From NCBI GenBank assembly GCA_949283535.1, contig CASDTC010000008.1:2717-66716 (forward strand): 64,000 bases of DNA, read 5' to 3'. The notes under the pieces were generated by a model. The model did not search any database, was not told where the DNA came from, and saw only the letters and a program-made list of their open reading frames with translations. The stretch's first letter is position 1. Every line of letters begins with the position of its first letter. The translations under genes and the position numbers were made by a program. The DNA comes from an uncultured Pseudomonadota bacterium (GTDB taxonomy: Bacteria > Pseudomonadota > Alphaproteobacteria > Rs-D84). Of the stretch, positions 50,204 to 60,182 are shown piece by piece.

Positions 50204-51816
50204 TTTAATTTCCTTAATTTCTTTTGTAATTCTGGGACGATTACCAATCCATCATCAGATAAATCAATCGCGCGCAGATACGCATCACGCGCCAATCTGT
50301 CGTCCCCCAGCGCAACATATAAATCACCCAAGTGTTCAAATAATGATGAACACGATGCCGCAACATCAGCAACACGCGCAATTACATCCAATGCTGGTTC
50401 TGCACCTTCGCGAACAGTTATAACAACACCCAATGTATCCCATGCCATTATGTCGGTTGGATCCTGGCGTATTAATGTCATGGCGTAATCATATGCATCT
50501 TCGATATTACGACCACGCGCCGCCCATATTTTTGCCTGTAATGCCAATATTTCACCATCCAGTGGCAAAACAGTTGACGCATCATGTAAATCAGACTGGG
50601 CATCGTCATAATCGCCAAACATGTAATAAATGTGCGCCCTGCTCTTTAAGAAAAATGCACGCCCAAGCTCATTCAAGTTTTCATCATCCAACGCCATATT
50701 AACAGTCCGCAATGCCGCACGGCGATTGCCATGCTGAATATTATACGCAATCAGTTTATTGACCGCCGGTACAAACAGCGGATTATTTTTAACAACATCG
50801 CGGACGGCATCAATATCATTATTCTTTTCCGCCATACGCAATGCCGCAAATGAATAAAATGGACTGTCCGAACTGATTTGACCAAAATACAGGGCATAAT
50901 CACCGGTATTGTTATAAAAAAACTGTCCCAGGTAATAATTTACCGCATCAGAATCATTGCCAAAATTTGGTCCGGTTAATTCAGCAAATCGTAACAATAA
51001 TATCGATAAATCAGAATACATCATTATCTGGGTATGCGATACAGTTTGAACCAAACTGAACGCTAATTCATTCTTTAACCCAGAATACACCGACCAATCA
51101 GGAATATTTTCAAATTCCAACATAAACATCCCGCCCGGTCGCGCAGTGAATTCATCATGTAATTTTTCGGCATTTTCTGTCATATCGTGCGCACGATAAA
51201 ACGACATTAAATACAAATAATCATTTATATTTAAAAAATCAATTCCAACATCTGCGAATGATTCCGCCGCCTGGTCGATATCACCGGTTTCTGCATAAAT
51301 TTGACCGCTGATAAAATTTTGCCACGACGCGTTTGTCGGTAAAGTTTTAATGAATTTTAATGCGTCTTTTGTGCGATCTGTTGCAACAGATGCCCATATG
51401 CGCAACGGCGCCGCCAACGCAGATTCATCTTTCTTGTGTCGTTTATATAATTCATCCCATTTGTCATTCTGAACCAAATATGCATCATATATTAATCGCG
51501 GTGCCGCGGTCTTTTCTTCTTCCAGAATAAAAACCTGGTCTGGCATGCGACCACTTAAAAAATCAGATAAAAATTTGGTCGTTTGAACGGTTGAATAATC
51601 AGTGTCTGTTAATTGCGCCGCAAATTTTGACGCATTGTCAAAATCATTAACATATATCGCATGCTGTGCCGCCAAGAATGCACCAAATTGACTGGTGGGA
51701 TATTGATAACTTTGCGTTGCATAATTCCTGTGACAGGCATACCAAATCGCACCGCCCGTCACAATTATGACGGCAATTAACGCGGCGCCAATAAATAAAG
51801 TTTCTGTTTTTCTCAT
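50200..51816 (-). CDS. TPR-repeat protein with N-terminal membrane anchor
   Basis: G.FLAA..A N-domain; C-terminal DTLG....EHLGD.Y...G...A...Y.RA TPRs. Confidence 0.8.
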   Translation of the reverse strand: MRKTETLFIGAALIAVIIVTGGAIWYACHRNYATQSYQYPTSQFGAFLAAQHAIYVNDFDNASKFAAQLTDTDYSTVQTTKFLSDFLSGRMPDQVFILEEEKTAAPRLIYDAYLVQNDKWDELYKRHKKDESALAAPLRIWASVATDRTKDALKFIKTLPTNASWQNFISGQIYAETGDIDQAAESFADVGIDFLNINDYLYLMSFYRAHDMTENAEKLHDEFTARPGGMFMLEFENIPDWSVYSGLKNELAFSLVQTVSHTQIMMYSDLSILLLRFAELTGPNFGNDSDAVNYYLGQFFYNNTGDYALYFGQISSDSPFYSFAALRMAEKNNDIDAVRDVVKNNPLFVPAVNKLIAYNIQHGNRRAALRTVNMALDDENLNELGRAFFLKSRAHIYYMFGDYDDAQSDLHDASTVLPLDGEILALQAKIWAARGRNIEDAYDYAMTLIRQDPTDIMAWDTLGVVITVREGAEPALDVIARVADVAASCSSLFEHLGDLYVALGDDRLARDAYLRAIDLSDDGLVIVPELQKKLRKLK

Positions 51817-51842
51817 GTGAAAGTTATGCTACAATAATCTTT

Positions 51843-52403
51843 ATGAATAATAAAGCGAAATTTGATTTATATGCGCAAATGTTGCGTCAATGGTCTGAAA
51901 AAATGAATCTGGTCGCCCCCAGCACACTGGATGATATTTATACGCGACACTTTGCCGATTCCGCACAACTGGCAGATATACTGCCAAAAAATGCAACTGT
52001 TATTGACATGGGAACAGGTGCGGGATTCCCGGGCGTAGTGTTGGCAATAATGGGATGGAATGTTATCGCAATCGAATCAATTGGCAAGAAAGTCGCATTT
52101 CTAAATGCGGTCAAAGAAAAATTAAAACTGGATAATTTGACAATATATCATGGGCGACTGGAAAATTTTGTTGCCACCCTGCCCCGTGATAAAACAGATA
52201 TTGTATTTACTGCACGCGCATTTGCGCCGTTGATTAAAATAATGGATTATGTCGCAAAAACAAAATGTCAATTATTTTTACTAAAAGGCCGGGAAATACC
52301 GGCAGAAATTGAAACAGCAAAAAAGAAATATAAATTTAAATATAAACTAATCCCATCACAGACCGGCGATGGTTTTATAACAATCATTAAAAACGACCGG
52401 TAA
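51843..52403 (+). CDS. rsmG: 16S rRNA m7G527 methyltransferase
   Basis: W...MNLV, RHFADS, DMGTGAGFPG, TARAFA. Confidence 0.94.
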   Translation: MNNKAKFDLYAQMLRQWSEKMNLVAPSTLDDIYTRHFADSAQLADILPKNATVIDMGTGAGFPGVVLAIMGWNVIAIESIGKKVAFLNAVKEKLKLDNLTIYHGRLENFVATLPRDKTDIVFTARAFAPLIKIMDYVAKTKCQLFLLKGREIPAEIETAKKKYKFKYKLIPSQTGDGFITIIKNDR

Positions 52404-52417
52404 TTTCATATGAAACA
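52402..52417. promoter_or_regulatory. Degenerate parS-like palindrome
   Basis: AATTTCATATGAAACA, 12/16 match to TGTTTCACGTGAAACA with a perfect 12-bp palindromic core. Confidence 0.4.
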
Positions 52418-52435
52418 AAAGTTATTATTTTGTTT

Positions 52436-53371
52436 TTAGTGCATTTTTGTGTTTACAAAAAAATATGCTTTTTTACCGGTAATTTTTTGCACAATCGAAT
52501 CAACCGATCTTAATAATTGTTGTTTTTGGGCAATTGATGCCGCATTCCAAATATTAACATCGCCACGCAATGATTTAAATTGCCACAACGGCGCCCACAT
52601 ACCAATTTCTGGATGAAACATTATTGGCGCACAATCATCGCACATATTGTTTGTTATATAAACATCTTTTTTGTTGTTTAATTCCACTGCACGCGATAAT
52701 GTTTTTTTATATAAACCACGATTTATTTCACTGAAAAATCTGAATGCAGCATATTTCATAACAATATCTGCAATTTGTGGATTATTAAAATCCAACGGCC
52801 ACGATAAATTTTGACGCATTGCTAAATCCGTTATTTCACGGTCTGCATACAAAATAAAACTTTTATTTGTTGGATATGGATGACCCGTTTCATAATGGTA
52901 ATCCAATGCCTCTATTATTTCAGATGCTGGCGCCATGATTTCATTTTGTGCCGCAATCGCTGCACGAACAGTTGGTGAAAAATGCACAGTATTTTTTGTT
53001 AAATTTGCCTTGCGTACATGTTCCAGCTCGTGCCGCCGAACTAACCTGATTTGGTCATTTGATTGACTGCAAAATCGTTGTGTTATTGGACGCCGACTGT
53101 CTGTTTTAAAATAAGATATATGTACACGACCACTGTATGGCATAAAAACACCCGCAGACATAACTTTAAAGTTATCAATCATGTCGTCCGTTACATATAC
53201 AGTATCATATTGTAATGCGATATTTGGGCATATAACTTTGCCGGTTTTTTCCGGCTTTTTTTCATCTTTTTTTATATTATTTTCCGCCGGCGCATCAGAA
53301 AATAAAATACCACCGATGACAATTCCGGCAACAAAAGAAGCGGTTAATCGATAAATTTTACTAAACTTCAT
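52436..53371 (-). CDS. Membrane-anchored or exported hypothetical protein with HEXXH motif
   Basis: N-terminal hydrophobic helix; RHELEH followed about 20 aa later by NE. Confidence 0.7.
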   Translation of the reverse strand: MKFSKIYRLTASFVAGIVIGGILFSDAPAENNIKKDEKKPEKTGKVICPNIALQYDTVYVTDDMIDNFKVMSAGVFMPYSGRVHISYFKTDSRRPITQRFCSQSNDQIRLVRRHELEHVRKANLTKNTVHFSPTVRAAIAAQNEIMAPASEIIEALDYHYETGHPYPTNKSFILYADREITDLAMRQNLSWPLDFNNPQIADIVMKYAAFRFFSEINRGLYKKTLSRAVELNNKKDVYITNNMCDDCAPIMFHPEIGMWAPLWQFKSLRGDVNIWNAASIAQKQQLLRSVDSIVQKITGKKAYFFVNTKMH

Positions 53372-53418
53372 AACTTATTTAGTATTGTCTAAAAATAGAT
53401 TTTTGTCAACATAAAAAT

Positions 53419-53434
53419 TATTTCACATGAAACA
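53419..53434. promoter_or_regulatory. parS site
   Basis: TATTTCACATGAAACA, 14/16 match to the consensus, 110 bp upstream of parA. Confidence 0.65.
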
Positions 53435-53543
53435 AATTTTAATTCATTGTTATTAGCGTGTTTTTTAATATAAAAAATATATTATCTTGACCGAATCGAT
53501 GGCTTTATTGTAATCTATTTTCAATAAAAGGAATGTATGAAAG

Positions 53544-54317
53544 ATGGTTGAAATTATCGCATTTGCAAATCAAAAGGGCGGTGTTGGAAAAACAACAACT
53601 GCAATTAATTTGGGCGCGTCATTGGCGGCAATAAAAAAACGGGTATTATTAATAGACCTGGATTCCCAGGGAAATGCCGGAACAGGATTAGGATTTATTC
53701 GTTCGTCACACCCACAAAGTGTTTATGGCGTATTAATGGGTCAGGCGGGTGCCGCAGAAAATATACTAACAACCGCGGTGCCAGGGTTGCATTTAATGCC
53801 ATCGTCCCAGGCATTAGCGGGCGCAGAAAATTATTTGCTGGACGATGAAAGCGGTGTTCATTTATTGCGAAATGCATTAATGCCAATATATGATCATTAT
53901 GATTATATATTGTTGGATTGTCCACCTGCAATGGGGGCATTGACACTGAACGCATTAACCACCGCAAATAATGTGATAATCCCATTACAGCCAGAATTTT
54001 TTGCATTAGAGGGTATAACACACCTGGTAAACAATATACGCAGTATAAAAGAAAAATGGAATCCAGAACTGGAAATACTGGGCGTATTATTAACAATGTA
54101 TGATCGACGCTATGGTCAAACACGTGAAGTCGAAGATCAGGTGCGTAAAACATTTGGTGATGCCGTTTTTAAAACAGTTATTCCACGAAATGTTCGCGTA
54201 TCAGAGGCACCCAGTCATGGCAAGCCGGCATTATTTTATGATTTTAATTCACCGGGCGCCCAGGCGTATCTGCGCGTCGCAACAGAGGTTGTTGAAAAAC
54301 TGCAACAGGGGGAATAA
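53544..54317 (+). CDS. parA: Chromosome partitioning ATPase ParA/Soj
   Basis: NQKGGVGKTTT, DLD.QGNA, DCPP, IPRNVRVSEAPSHG. Confidence 0.96.
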   Translation: MVEIIAFANQKGGVGKTTTAINLGASLAAIKKRVLLIDLDSQGNAGTGLGFIRSSHPQSVYGVLMGQAGAAENILTTAVPGLHLMPSSQALAGAENYLLDDESGVHLLRNALMPIYDHYDYILLDCPPAMGALTLNALTTANNVIIPLQPEFFALEGITHLVNNIRSIKEKWNPELEILGVLLTMYDRRYGQTREVEDQVRKTFGDAVFKTVIPRNVRVSEAPSHGKPALFYDFNSPGAQAYLRVATEVVEKLQQGE

Positions 54318-54319
54318 TT

Positions 54320-55207
54320 ATGTCAACAAAATTTGGTTTAGGTCGTGGTCTGGCAGAACTGCAACAGGGAATGGGAAATATCCCAGACATATCAACATTA
54401 ACCGGCGCCGGGCGCGTTGTTGTAAAACAAATACCATTAATACAAATTGGCGCAAATCCAGATCAGCCGCGTAAAACTTTTTCTGATGCGGAACTGGATG
54501 AATTAGCGGCATCAATAAAGGAAAAAGGTGTTTTGCAACCAATATTGTTGCGTGCGGTATCTGGGCGTCCATATATGTATGAAATTGTTGCCGGTGAACG
54601 CAGATATCGTGCCAGTAAGCTGGCTGGACTATCTGAAATTCCGGCATTAATAAAAACATTGACGCCAGAAAGCGCAATGGAAATTGCACTGATTGAAAAT
54701 GTCCAGCGTGAAAATTTAAACGCCATCGAAGAATCGGACGCATATAAAAATATAATGGAAAAATGTGGATATGAATTGTCTGATGTTGCACGATTAATTG
54801 GAAAATCGGAAAGTTATATCAGAAATATTATGCGATTGGATTCTTTGCCGAACGATGTCAAAGAAATGGTAAAACGCGGCGAATTATCTGCGTCACATGC
54901 GCGTGCAATTTCTGTTGCCGCAGACCCAACAAAATTAGCACACGAGATAATCAATAACAATATGTCTGTTGCCGATACGGAAAAAATGGTCAAGGGTTCT
55001 GGGCGGCGCGCGTCCAGTCGTGCATATGTATCGAAAACAATCGATTCGAATACAGTTCATGAAATAGAATCACGCATTTCAACCGTATTATCCGTACCGG
55101 TTAAATTGCAAGAAAAACGGGGCGGGGCAGGGCAGATTATATTGTCGTTTGCAACCCGTATGCAAATGTATGATTTGGTTGAAAAAATAACCGGGCAAAA
55201 AGTATAA
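54320..55207 (+). CDS. parB: Chromosome partitioning protein ParB
   Basis: GLGRGL, QPRK.F, IVAGERRYRA, ALIENVQRENLN. Confidence 0.96.
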   Translation: MSTKFGLGRGLAELQQGMGNIPDISTLTGAGRVVVKQIPLIQIGANPDQPRKTFSDAELDELAASIKEKGVLQPILLRAVSGRPYMYEIVAGERRYRASKLAGLSEIPALIKTLTPESAMEIALIENVQRENLNAIEESDAYKNIMEKCGYELSDVARLIGKSESYIRNIMRLDSLPNDVKEMVKRGELSASHARAISVAADPTKLAHEIINNNMSVADTEKMVKGSGRRASSRAYVSKTIDSNTVHEIESRISTVLSVPVKLQEKRGGAGQIILSFATRMQMYDLVEKITGQKV

Positions 55208-55233
55208 AAAAGCCGGCAAATGCCGGCTTTTTT
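55206..55233. terminator. Bidirectional intrinsic terminator
   Basis: AAAAAAGCCGGCA-AA-TGCCGGCTTTTTT. Confidence 0.85.
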
Positions 55234-55243
55234 TATTACAAAA

Positions 55244-55708
55244 TTATTTGTTTTTATTACGACGAAATTCGTCCAGTGATACAACACGACCAGAATCAGG
55301 AATAATTTCCGATTTGTCATCCAGTGGTAATTCCATATCATTATCTGCCGCGGGTCCACCCTGGGGATGAAAAGATAGCATAAAATCAACAGACGGATCC
55401 TTGAATTCAATTAATGCAGAAAATGGAACGCGTATGAAAAACGGACGCCCGTCAAATGTTAACTGTACACCAAATTCTTTATCCGATACATGCAAATTAT
55501 TATATGAATATTGTAAAACAATTGTCATTATATCAGGATATCGTATACGCAAAAAATCTGGCAAAACAACCCCGGGGGCACGCGTTTTAAATGTTATAAA
55601 AAAATGTGTGCCATCCCCCAATCCATTAAACTGTGCATGAATCAGTGCGTCTTTGACCACAGACTTTAATGCGTTATCCAATAATGTTTGATAATCAATC
55701 TTGCTCAT
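55244..55708 (-). CDS. sspB: ClpXP adaptor SspB (alphaproteobacterial type)
   Basis: HFFITF.T..PGV......YP..MTIVLQ; C-terminal VVSLDEFRR. Confidence 0.92.
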   Translation of the reverse strand: MSKIDYQTLLDNALKSVVKDALIHAQFNGLGDGTHFFITFKTRAPGVVLPDFLRIRYPDIMTIVLQYSYNNLHVSDKEFGVQLTFDGRPFFIRVPFSALIEFKDPSVDFMLSFHPQGGPAADNDMELPLDDKSEIIPDSGRVVSLDEFRRNKNK

Positions 55709-56789
55709 TTTTATTCCCTGGGACCAGTATATTATTTATATCACCATTCATGCAAGCAACAAATACAGCGTCTGGCACATCTGCAAAAACATTTGCATCC
55801 AGACCCGTTGCCCAAACCTGGGCATCTGTCATCCCCAAATCATTAAACAATCGCGCGCGCGCATTCGAATCCAGGTGGGCGGCGGCTTCATCCAATAAAA
55901 TCAATGGACGGCGATGTGTTTTTGTATGTATTAATTTTGCATGCGCCAATATTAAATCCAGCAGTGTTGTTTTTTGTTGTCCAGTACTGGTTAATGATGA
56001 TGGTAAATTCAATCGATGATTAAACACACCAAAATCTGACCGGTGCGGACCATCCAAAATCATTTTATCGCCCACCAATTCACGCACAGAATGTAAATAA
56101 TCTAAATATTGTCGTTCAGCAGATGCGGCATTTTCATCAATCAGCATTTGTTCAACCATACCAGATACAGTTATTGCACAATCGGATAAAAAATAATTTA
56201 ATTCACCCGCATATTGAATTCGCGCCGCCGCAATTGCCACCGCAATCCCCGCAATCTGGATATCCAGTGCATCAATCCATTTTTCATCACGACCATTTTT
56301 TAATGCAAACGCGCGTTCTGATAATAATTTAGACAATCGACCAACACGTCCGGCATGTGCGGCATCAAAACTGGATGCCAATCTGTCAAAAAACGCGCGG
56401 CGTTCAGATGCACCATCAACGAATAATCTGTCTTCACGTGGGGTCAGCCACACCATGCGCATACGCGCAGATAAATCCGACAGTGTTGCCGTGTTGCCAT
56501 CAATACGCGCACGGCGATTGGAATCCCCCATATTGTAATAAACAGAAACCTGGGTTTCATCGTCCAATTCTGCAAAAACAGAAAAATTGCCATCGCCATT
56601 AAAACATGCAATGTCTGTCATTGATGCGCCACGCATACCGCGATCCCCCGACAGCATTGATACCGCTTCTAAGACAGCAGTTTTACCCGCCCCATTCGGA
56701 CCAGTTATAATAACATTATGTCGTCCGAATGTTTTTATTCGGCACATTTTATGATTACGAAAATTTGTTAATGTTATTGTTTCAATCAT
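55695..56789 (-). CDS. recF: DNA replication/repair protein RecF
   Basis: NFRN, GPNGAGKT..LEAVS, RR.F.DR, GPHRSD, STGQQK, LLDE..AHLD; start at ATG 56789. Confidence 0.94.
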   Translation of the reverse strand: MIETITLTNFRNHKMCRIKTFGRHNVIITGPNGAGKTAVLEAVSMLSGDRGMRGASMTDIACFNGDGNFSVFAELDDETQVSVYYNMGDSNRRARIDGNTATLSDLSARMRMVWLTPREDRLFVDGASERRAFFDRLASSFDAAHAGRVGRLSKLLSERAFALKNGRDEKWIDALDIQIAGIAVAIAAARIQYAGELNYFLSDCAITVSGMVEQMLIDENAASAERQYLDYLHSVRELVGDKMILDGPHRSDFGVFNHRLNLPSSLTSTGQQKTTLLDLILAHAKLIHTKTHRRPLILLDEAAAHLDSNARARLFNDLGMTDAQVWATGLDANVFADVPDAVFVACMNGDINNILVPGNKNEQD

Positions 56790-56930
56790 GCCACGATAAT
56801 ATACACCGATAATCAATAAAAAACAAGGGCAGAGCAGGGCATAAAAAAAATAAAAAGATTGCGAACCGATGCCGGTTCGATGGCACCAATTTTCCAAAAT
56901 TAAACACCCGCATTCGCGGGCGTTAAATTT

Positions 56931-56992
56931 TGGAGGCCTGGGTCGGAATCGAACCGGCATACAAGGATGCATAACCACTCTGCCACCAGGCC
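56931..56992 (-). pseudogene. tRNA-Cys-like gene lacking the 5' anticodon strand and anticodon loop (62 nt)
   Basis: GGCCTGG/CCAGGCC-T-CCA acceptor (U73), D arm GCA-GAGTGGTTA-TGC, T arm GCCGG-TTCGATT-CCGAC; only ATCCTTGTAT between the D and T arms. Confidence 0.82.
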
Positions 56993-57094
56993 AATCTTTT
57001 TAATTGTGCAACTATACTAAGCAAAAAAAAATTGTAATTCAACTGAAAAATTGTAATATTTATGATATAATTTTGGAAATACGAGAGAATGTAA

Positions 57095-58429
57095 ATGAAA
57101 AAGTTTTTAATTGCATTGTGCATGGTGCCAACAACTGTTTTAGCGGCATCAGATGACAATTGCAGAACAATGACATCCGTACCAGATGGTGAATTAACAT
57201 TACAACAGGTTATTGAACTGGGGCTGTGTCGCAATCCTGAAACAGCATCGGCATATTTATCACTGGAATCCGCGCGTTTTAATAAAAATGCCGGATATGG
57301 TCAATATTTACCCAGTATCAGTGCATCTGCATCGGCATCATTGCCATACAGAAACAGCGAATGGGACGATTGGTCATATGGTGCGTCTTTATCAGCATCT
57401 TATTTAATATTTGATTTTGGCAAGCGTTTGTCTGATGTAAATCAATTAATCGATACATGGCGTGCAACCGGTTTTGATTACAGTGAATCTGTGCAAAACT
57501 ATGTATACAGTGTTATTGGTGCGTATTACGCACTGTTAAACGCAGATGCAGATGTTATTACGGCAAATGCAGTTATGCAGGTTTCAAAAACAGCCAAAGA
57601 AACTGCGGATAAAAAATTTAATGCCGGTGCGGTTGCCAAGGCAGATGTTTTAAAAGCAGATGTTACATTGGCCAGCAGTGTATTAGATTTGGAACGCGCC
57701 AAAAATAATCGTGAAATTGCCAAGGGTAATTTATTGGCGAAATTGTCTTTTCCCGCCGACCAAGAAATAAAAATTGCAGATATGTCATCTGAATTCGGAT
57801 CGGAATCAGAAAATAAAAACATAGATGAACTGATTGAAATTGCACGGGAAAAACGGCCAGATTTACTGCGCGCGACCGCAAATAAAGATGCGGCATGGCA
57901 CCGCAGAAACAGCGCATTTTTATCAAATCTGCCGTCAATTTCTGCCAGTGGCAGTTTATCGTGGAACAATATCCCGTCTGATGTATTTAATGCCGGTCAA
58001 GATGAATGGAGTGGCAGCATCGGTATTCGTGCATCAATGCCAATATTTGCGGGATTTTCAAATATGTACAATGTTCGTGCCGCCCAGGCAAATTATGAAC
58101 GCGCAAAAGAACAAGAAAGGCTGACAGTCGATAACGCAATGCTGGATGTATTTACCGCATATCAAAACTATAAAACAGCGCAAACTGTATTAAATCAAAC
58201 GGAAACATTATTGAAATCTGCCAAAGAAACAGAAAATGTGACGGCCGGTATGTACAAGGTTGGCAAGGCAACAATGTTGGATTGGCAACAGGCATTGGCA
58301 GATTTAGCCGATGCACATAAGCAAAATAATGCGGCAAAATATGATTTATTTACAAAACGCGCCGCGTTGGCATTGGCAATCGGCGATATAAAAGAAGGTT
58401 TGATAGAGGAGGGAGTCGTAAATGAATAA
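57095..58429 (+). CDS. TolC-family outer-membrane efflux protein
   Basis: Signal peptide; two OEP repeats (L..NP, LPSIS, AYY.LL, RPDL, Y.VG.AT..D). Confidence 0.9.
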   Translation: MKKFLIALCMVPTTVLAASDDNCRTMTSVPDGELTLQQVIELGLCRNPETASAYLSLESARFNKNAGYGQYLPSISASASASLPYRNSEWDDWSYGASLSASYLIFDFGKRLSDVNQLIDTWRATGFDYSESVQNYVYSVIGAYYALLNADADVITANAVMQVSKTAKETADKKFNAGAVAKADVLKADVTLASSVLDLERAKNNREIAKGNLLAKLSFPADQEIKIADMSSEFGSESENKNIDELIEIAREKRPDLLRATANKDAAWHRRNSAFLSNLPSISASGSLSWNNIPSDVFNAGQDEWSGSIGIRASMPIFAGFSNMYNVRAAQANYERAKEQERLTVDNAMLDVFTAYQNYKTAQTVLNQTETLLKSAKETENVTAGMYKVGKATMLDWQQALADLADAHKQNNAAKYDLFTKRAALALAIGDIKEGLIEEGVVNE

Positions 58430-59603
58430 AGATAAAAAGCCAAAAAAATTATGGGGCTGGGTTAAACGCCGCAAATGGTGGATTTTGTTATTCATTGTCG
58501 TTGCAGGCGTTGCGGTATATTTCATGAGTGGTAATTCAGGAAATCAAGGGACAGGATTTGCAACCGCATCAATTACACGCGGTGATTTGCGCCAGGTTGT
58601 AACCGCAACTGGTGAAATACAACCACTGAATACAATTAATGTCGGTTCCCAGGTCAGTGGCACGATAGAGGCAATATATGTCGACTATAATTCCAAAGTG
58701 AAAAAGGGTGATGTTTTATTGGAAATTGAACCATCTGTATTACAGGCATCTGTGGACGAAGCATATGCATCACTGGTCAGTGCAGAATCCCAGCGCAATT
58801 ATGCAAAAAGTGAATATGAAAGAAATAAAACATTATATGAATCAAATTTTATTTCACGGGCTGAACTGGAACAATCCCAGACAACATATGAACAGGCGGA
58901 ACAATCAGTTAATCGGATGAAATCGCAATATGATCGCGCGGTAACAAATCTGGGATACGCAACAATTACATCACCGGTGGATGGGACTGTTATTTCACGC
59001 CAGGTTGATGTTGGTCAAACTGTTGCGGCATCGTTCCAAACGCCTGATTTGTTTGAAATCGCCGAAGACCTGTCAAAAATGCAAATTGAAACCGCAGTAT
59101 CAGAGGCAGACATTGGCATGATAGAAGAAGGTCAATCAGTTACATTTACTGTTGACGCATATCCAACCCAGACTTTCGATGGGACAGTTCGCCAGGTTCG
59201 CCTGTCGCCAACAATTACATCAAATGTTGTTGTGTATACCGTTGTAATTGATGTTGATAACAGTGATTTAAAATTGAAACCAGGTATGACCGCGTTTGTT
59301 ACAATTTTAATTTCTGAAAAATTTGATGTTTGGAAAGTTCAAAATTCTGCATTAATACTGCGCAGTTTTGACGGAATCGTTGAAAATCCAGGTGATGCAA
59401 CAACATCTGATCATTTGGCAATACAACGGGTAATTGATGGCGAGGCAACTGTTATATTGGTGCCATATCAAAAAGGATTGGTGACCGCCACAGAAACAGA
59501 AATTATATCTGACGAAATTCAAGAAGGCGATAGAATTATATTTGGGCGATATGGCATGACATCGGCGGGCTCATCAAATATGCGAATGGGACCACCAATG
59601 TAA
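58422..59603 (+). CDS. MacA-type efflux periplasmic adaptor
   Basis: VGSQVSG.I, I.SPVDG.V, GQTVAASFQTP.LF, VSEADIG, LKPGMTA. Confidence 0.92.
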   Translation: MNKDKKPKKLWGWVKRRKWWILLFIVVAGVAVYFMSGNSGNQGTGFATASITRGDLRQVVTATGEIQPLNTINVGSQVSGTIEAIYVDYNSKVKKGDVLLEIEPSVLQASVDEAYASLVSAESQRNYAKSEYERNKTLYESNFISRAELEQSQTTYEQAEQSVNRMKSQYDRAVTNLGYATITSPVDGTVISRQVDVGQTVAASFQTPDLFEIAEDLSKMQIETAVSEADIGMIEEGQSVTFTVDAYPTQTFDGTVRQVRLSPTITSNVVVYTVVIDVDNSDLKLKPGMTAFVTILISEKFDVWKVQNSALILRSFDGIVENPGDATTSDHLAIQRVIDGEATVILVPYQKGLVTATETEIISDEIQEGDRIIFGRYGMTSAGSSNMRMGPPM

Positions 59604-59635
59604 AAAAAAACACCGGCAAATGCCGGTGTTTTTTT
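59602..59635. terminator. Bidirectional intrinsic terminator
   Basis: A9-CACCGGCA-AA-TGCCGGTG-T7. Confidence 0.85.
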
Positions 59636-60182
59636 ATTTTGTTGGCGCAATCACCATCGATTTTGTTCGTTCATCTGGTTTTGACCGTGATGCAACAGTG
59701 CCACGATCCCCGATAATTTCAATAATACGCGCAAATAATTCTGGAACCGCGTCTTTACCACGCGCCAATACTTTCTTTGAACCACGGGTCATGACAGCAA
59801 TTTTAACCTTGTTACCTTCGTCCAAGAATTCAAAAACTTTTTTCATTTTTATGTTCAGGTCATTTTCTTCGATGAATGGTTTAACCCAAACTTCTTTCAT
59901 TTCAATTGTTTTTTGGTTTTTTCGTGCCTCGGCTGCGCGTTTTTTCTGTTCATATTTATATTTACCAAAATCCATTATTTTGGTTATTGGTGTGTTTCCA
60001 TTTGAACTGATTTCAACTAAATCCAGCCCTTCGTCCACAGCCATCTGCAACGCTTGCGCTGTTGGCATTATGCCCATATTTTGACCATTTGAACTGATTA
60101 CCTGGACCGATTTTGCAAAAATTCGATTATTTATACGCGGGCCCGTATCCCGGCGATTATCACGGTTAAAAGACGGTTTAAT
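59634..60182 (-). CDS. infC: Translation initiation factor IF-3 (AUU start)
   Basis: GLDLVEIS....P..KIMDFGKYKYE; frame open upstream through PRIN..I to ATT at 60182, preceded by AAGGAG at 6 nt. Confidence 0.93.
   Translation of the reverse strand: MKPSFNRDNRRDTGPRINNRIFAKSVQVISSNGQNMGIMPTAQALQMAVDEGLDLVEISSNGNTPITKIMDFGKYKYEQKKRAAEARKNQKTIEMKEVWVKPFIEENDLNIKMKKVFEFLDEGNKVKIAVMTRGSKKVLARGKDAVPELFARIIEIIGDRGTVASRSKPDERTKSMVIAPTK

Noticed and set aside
56790-56978. N-terminal extension of RecF
   Set aside because: Overlaps the tRNA-Cys-like gene and terminator; RecF homology starts at 56789
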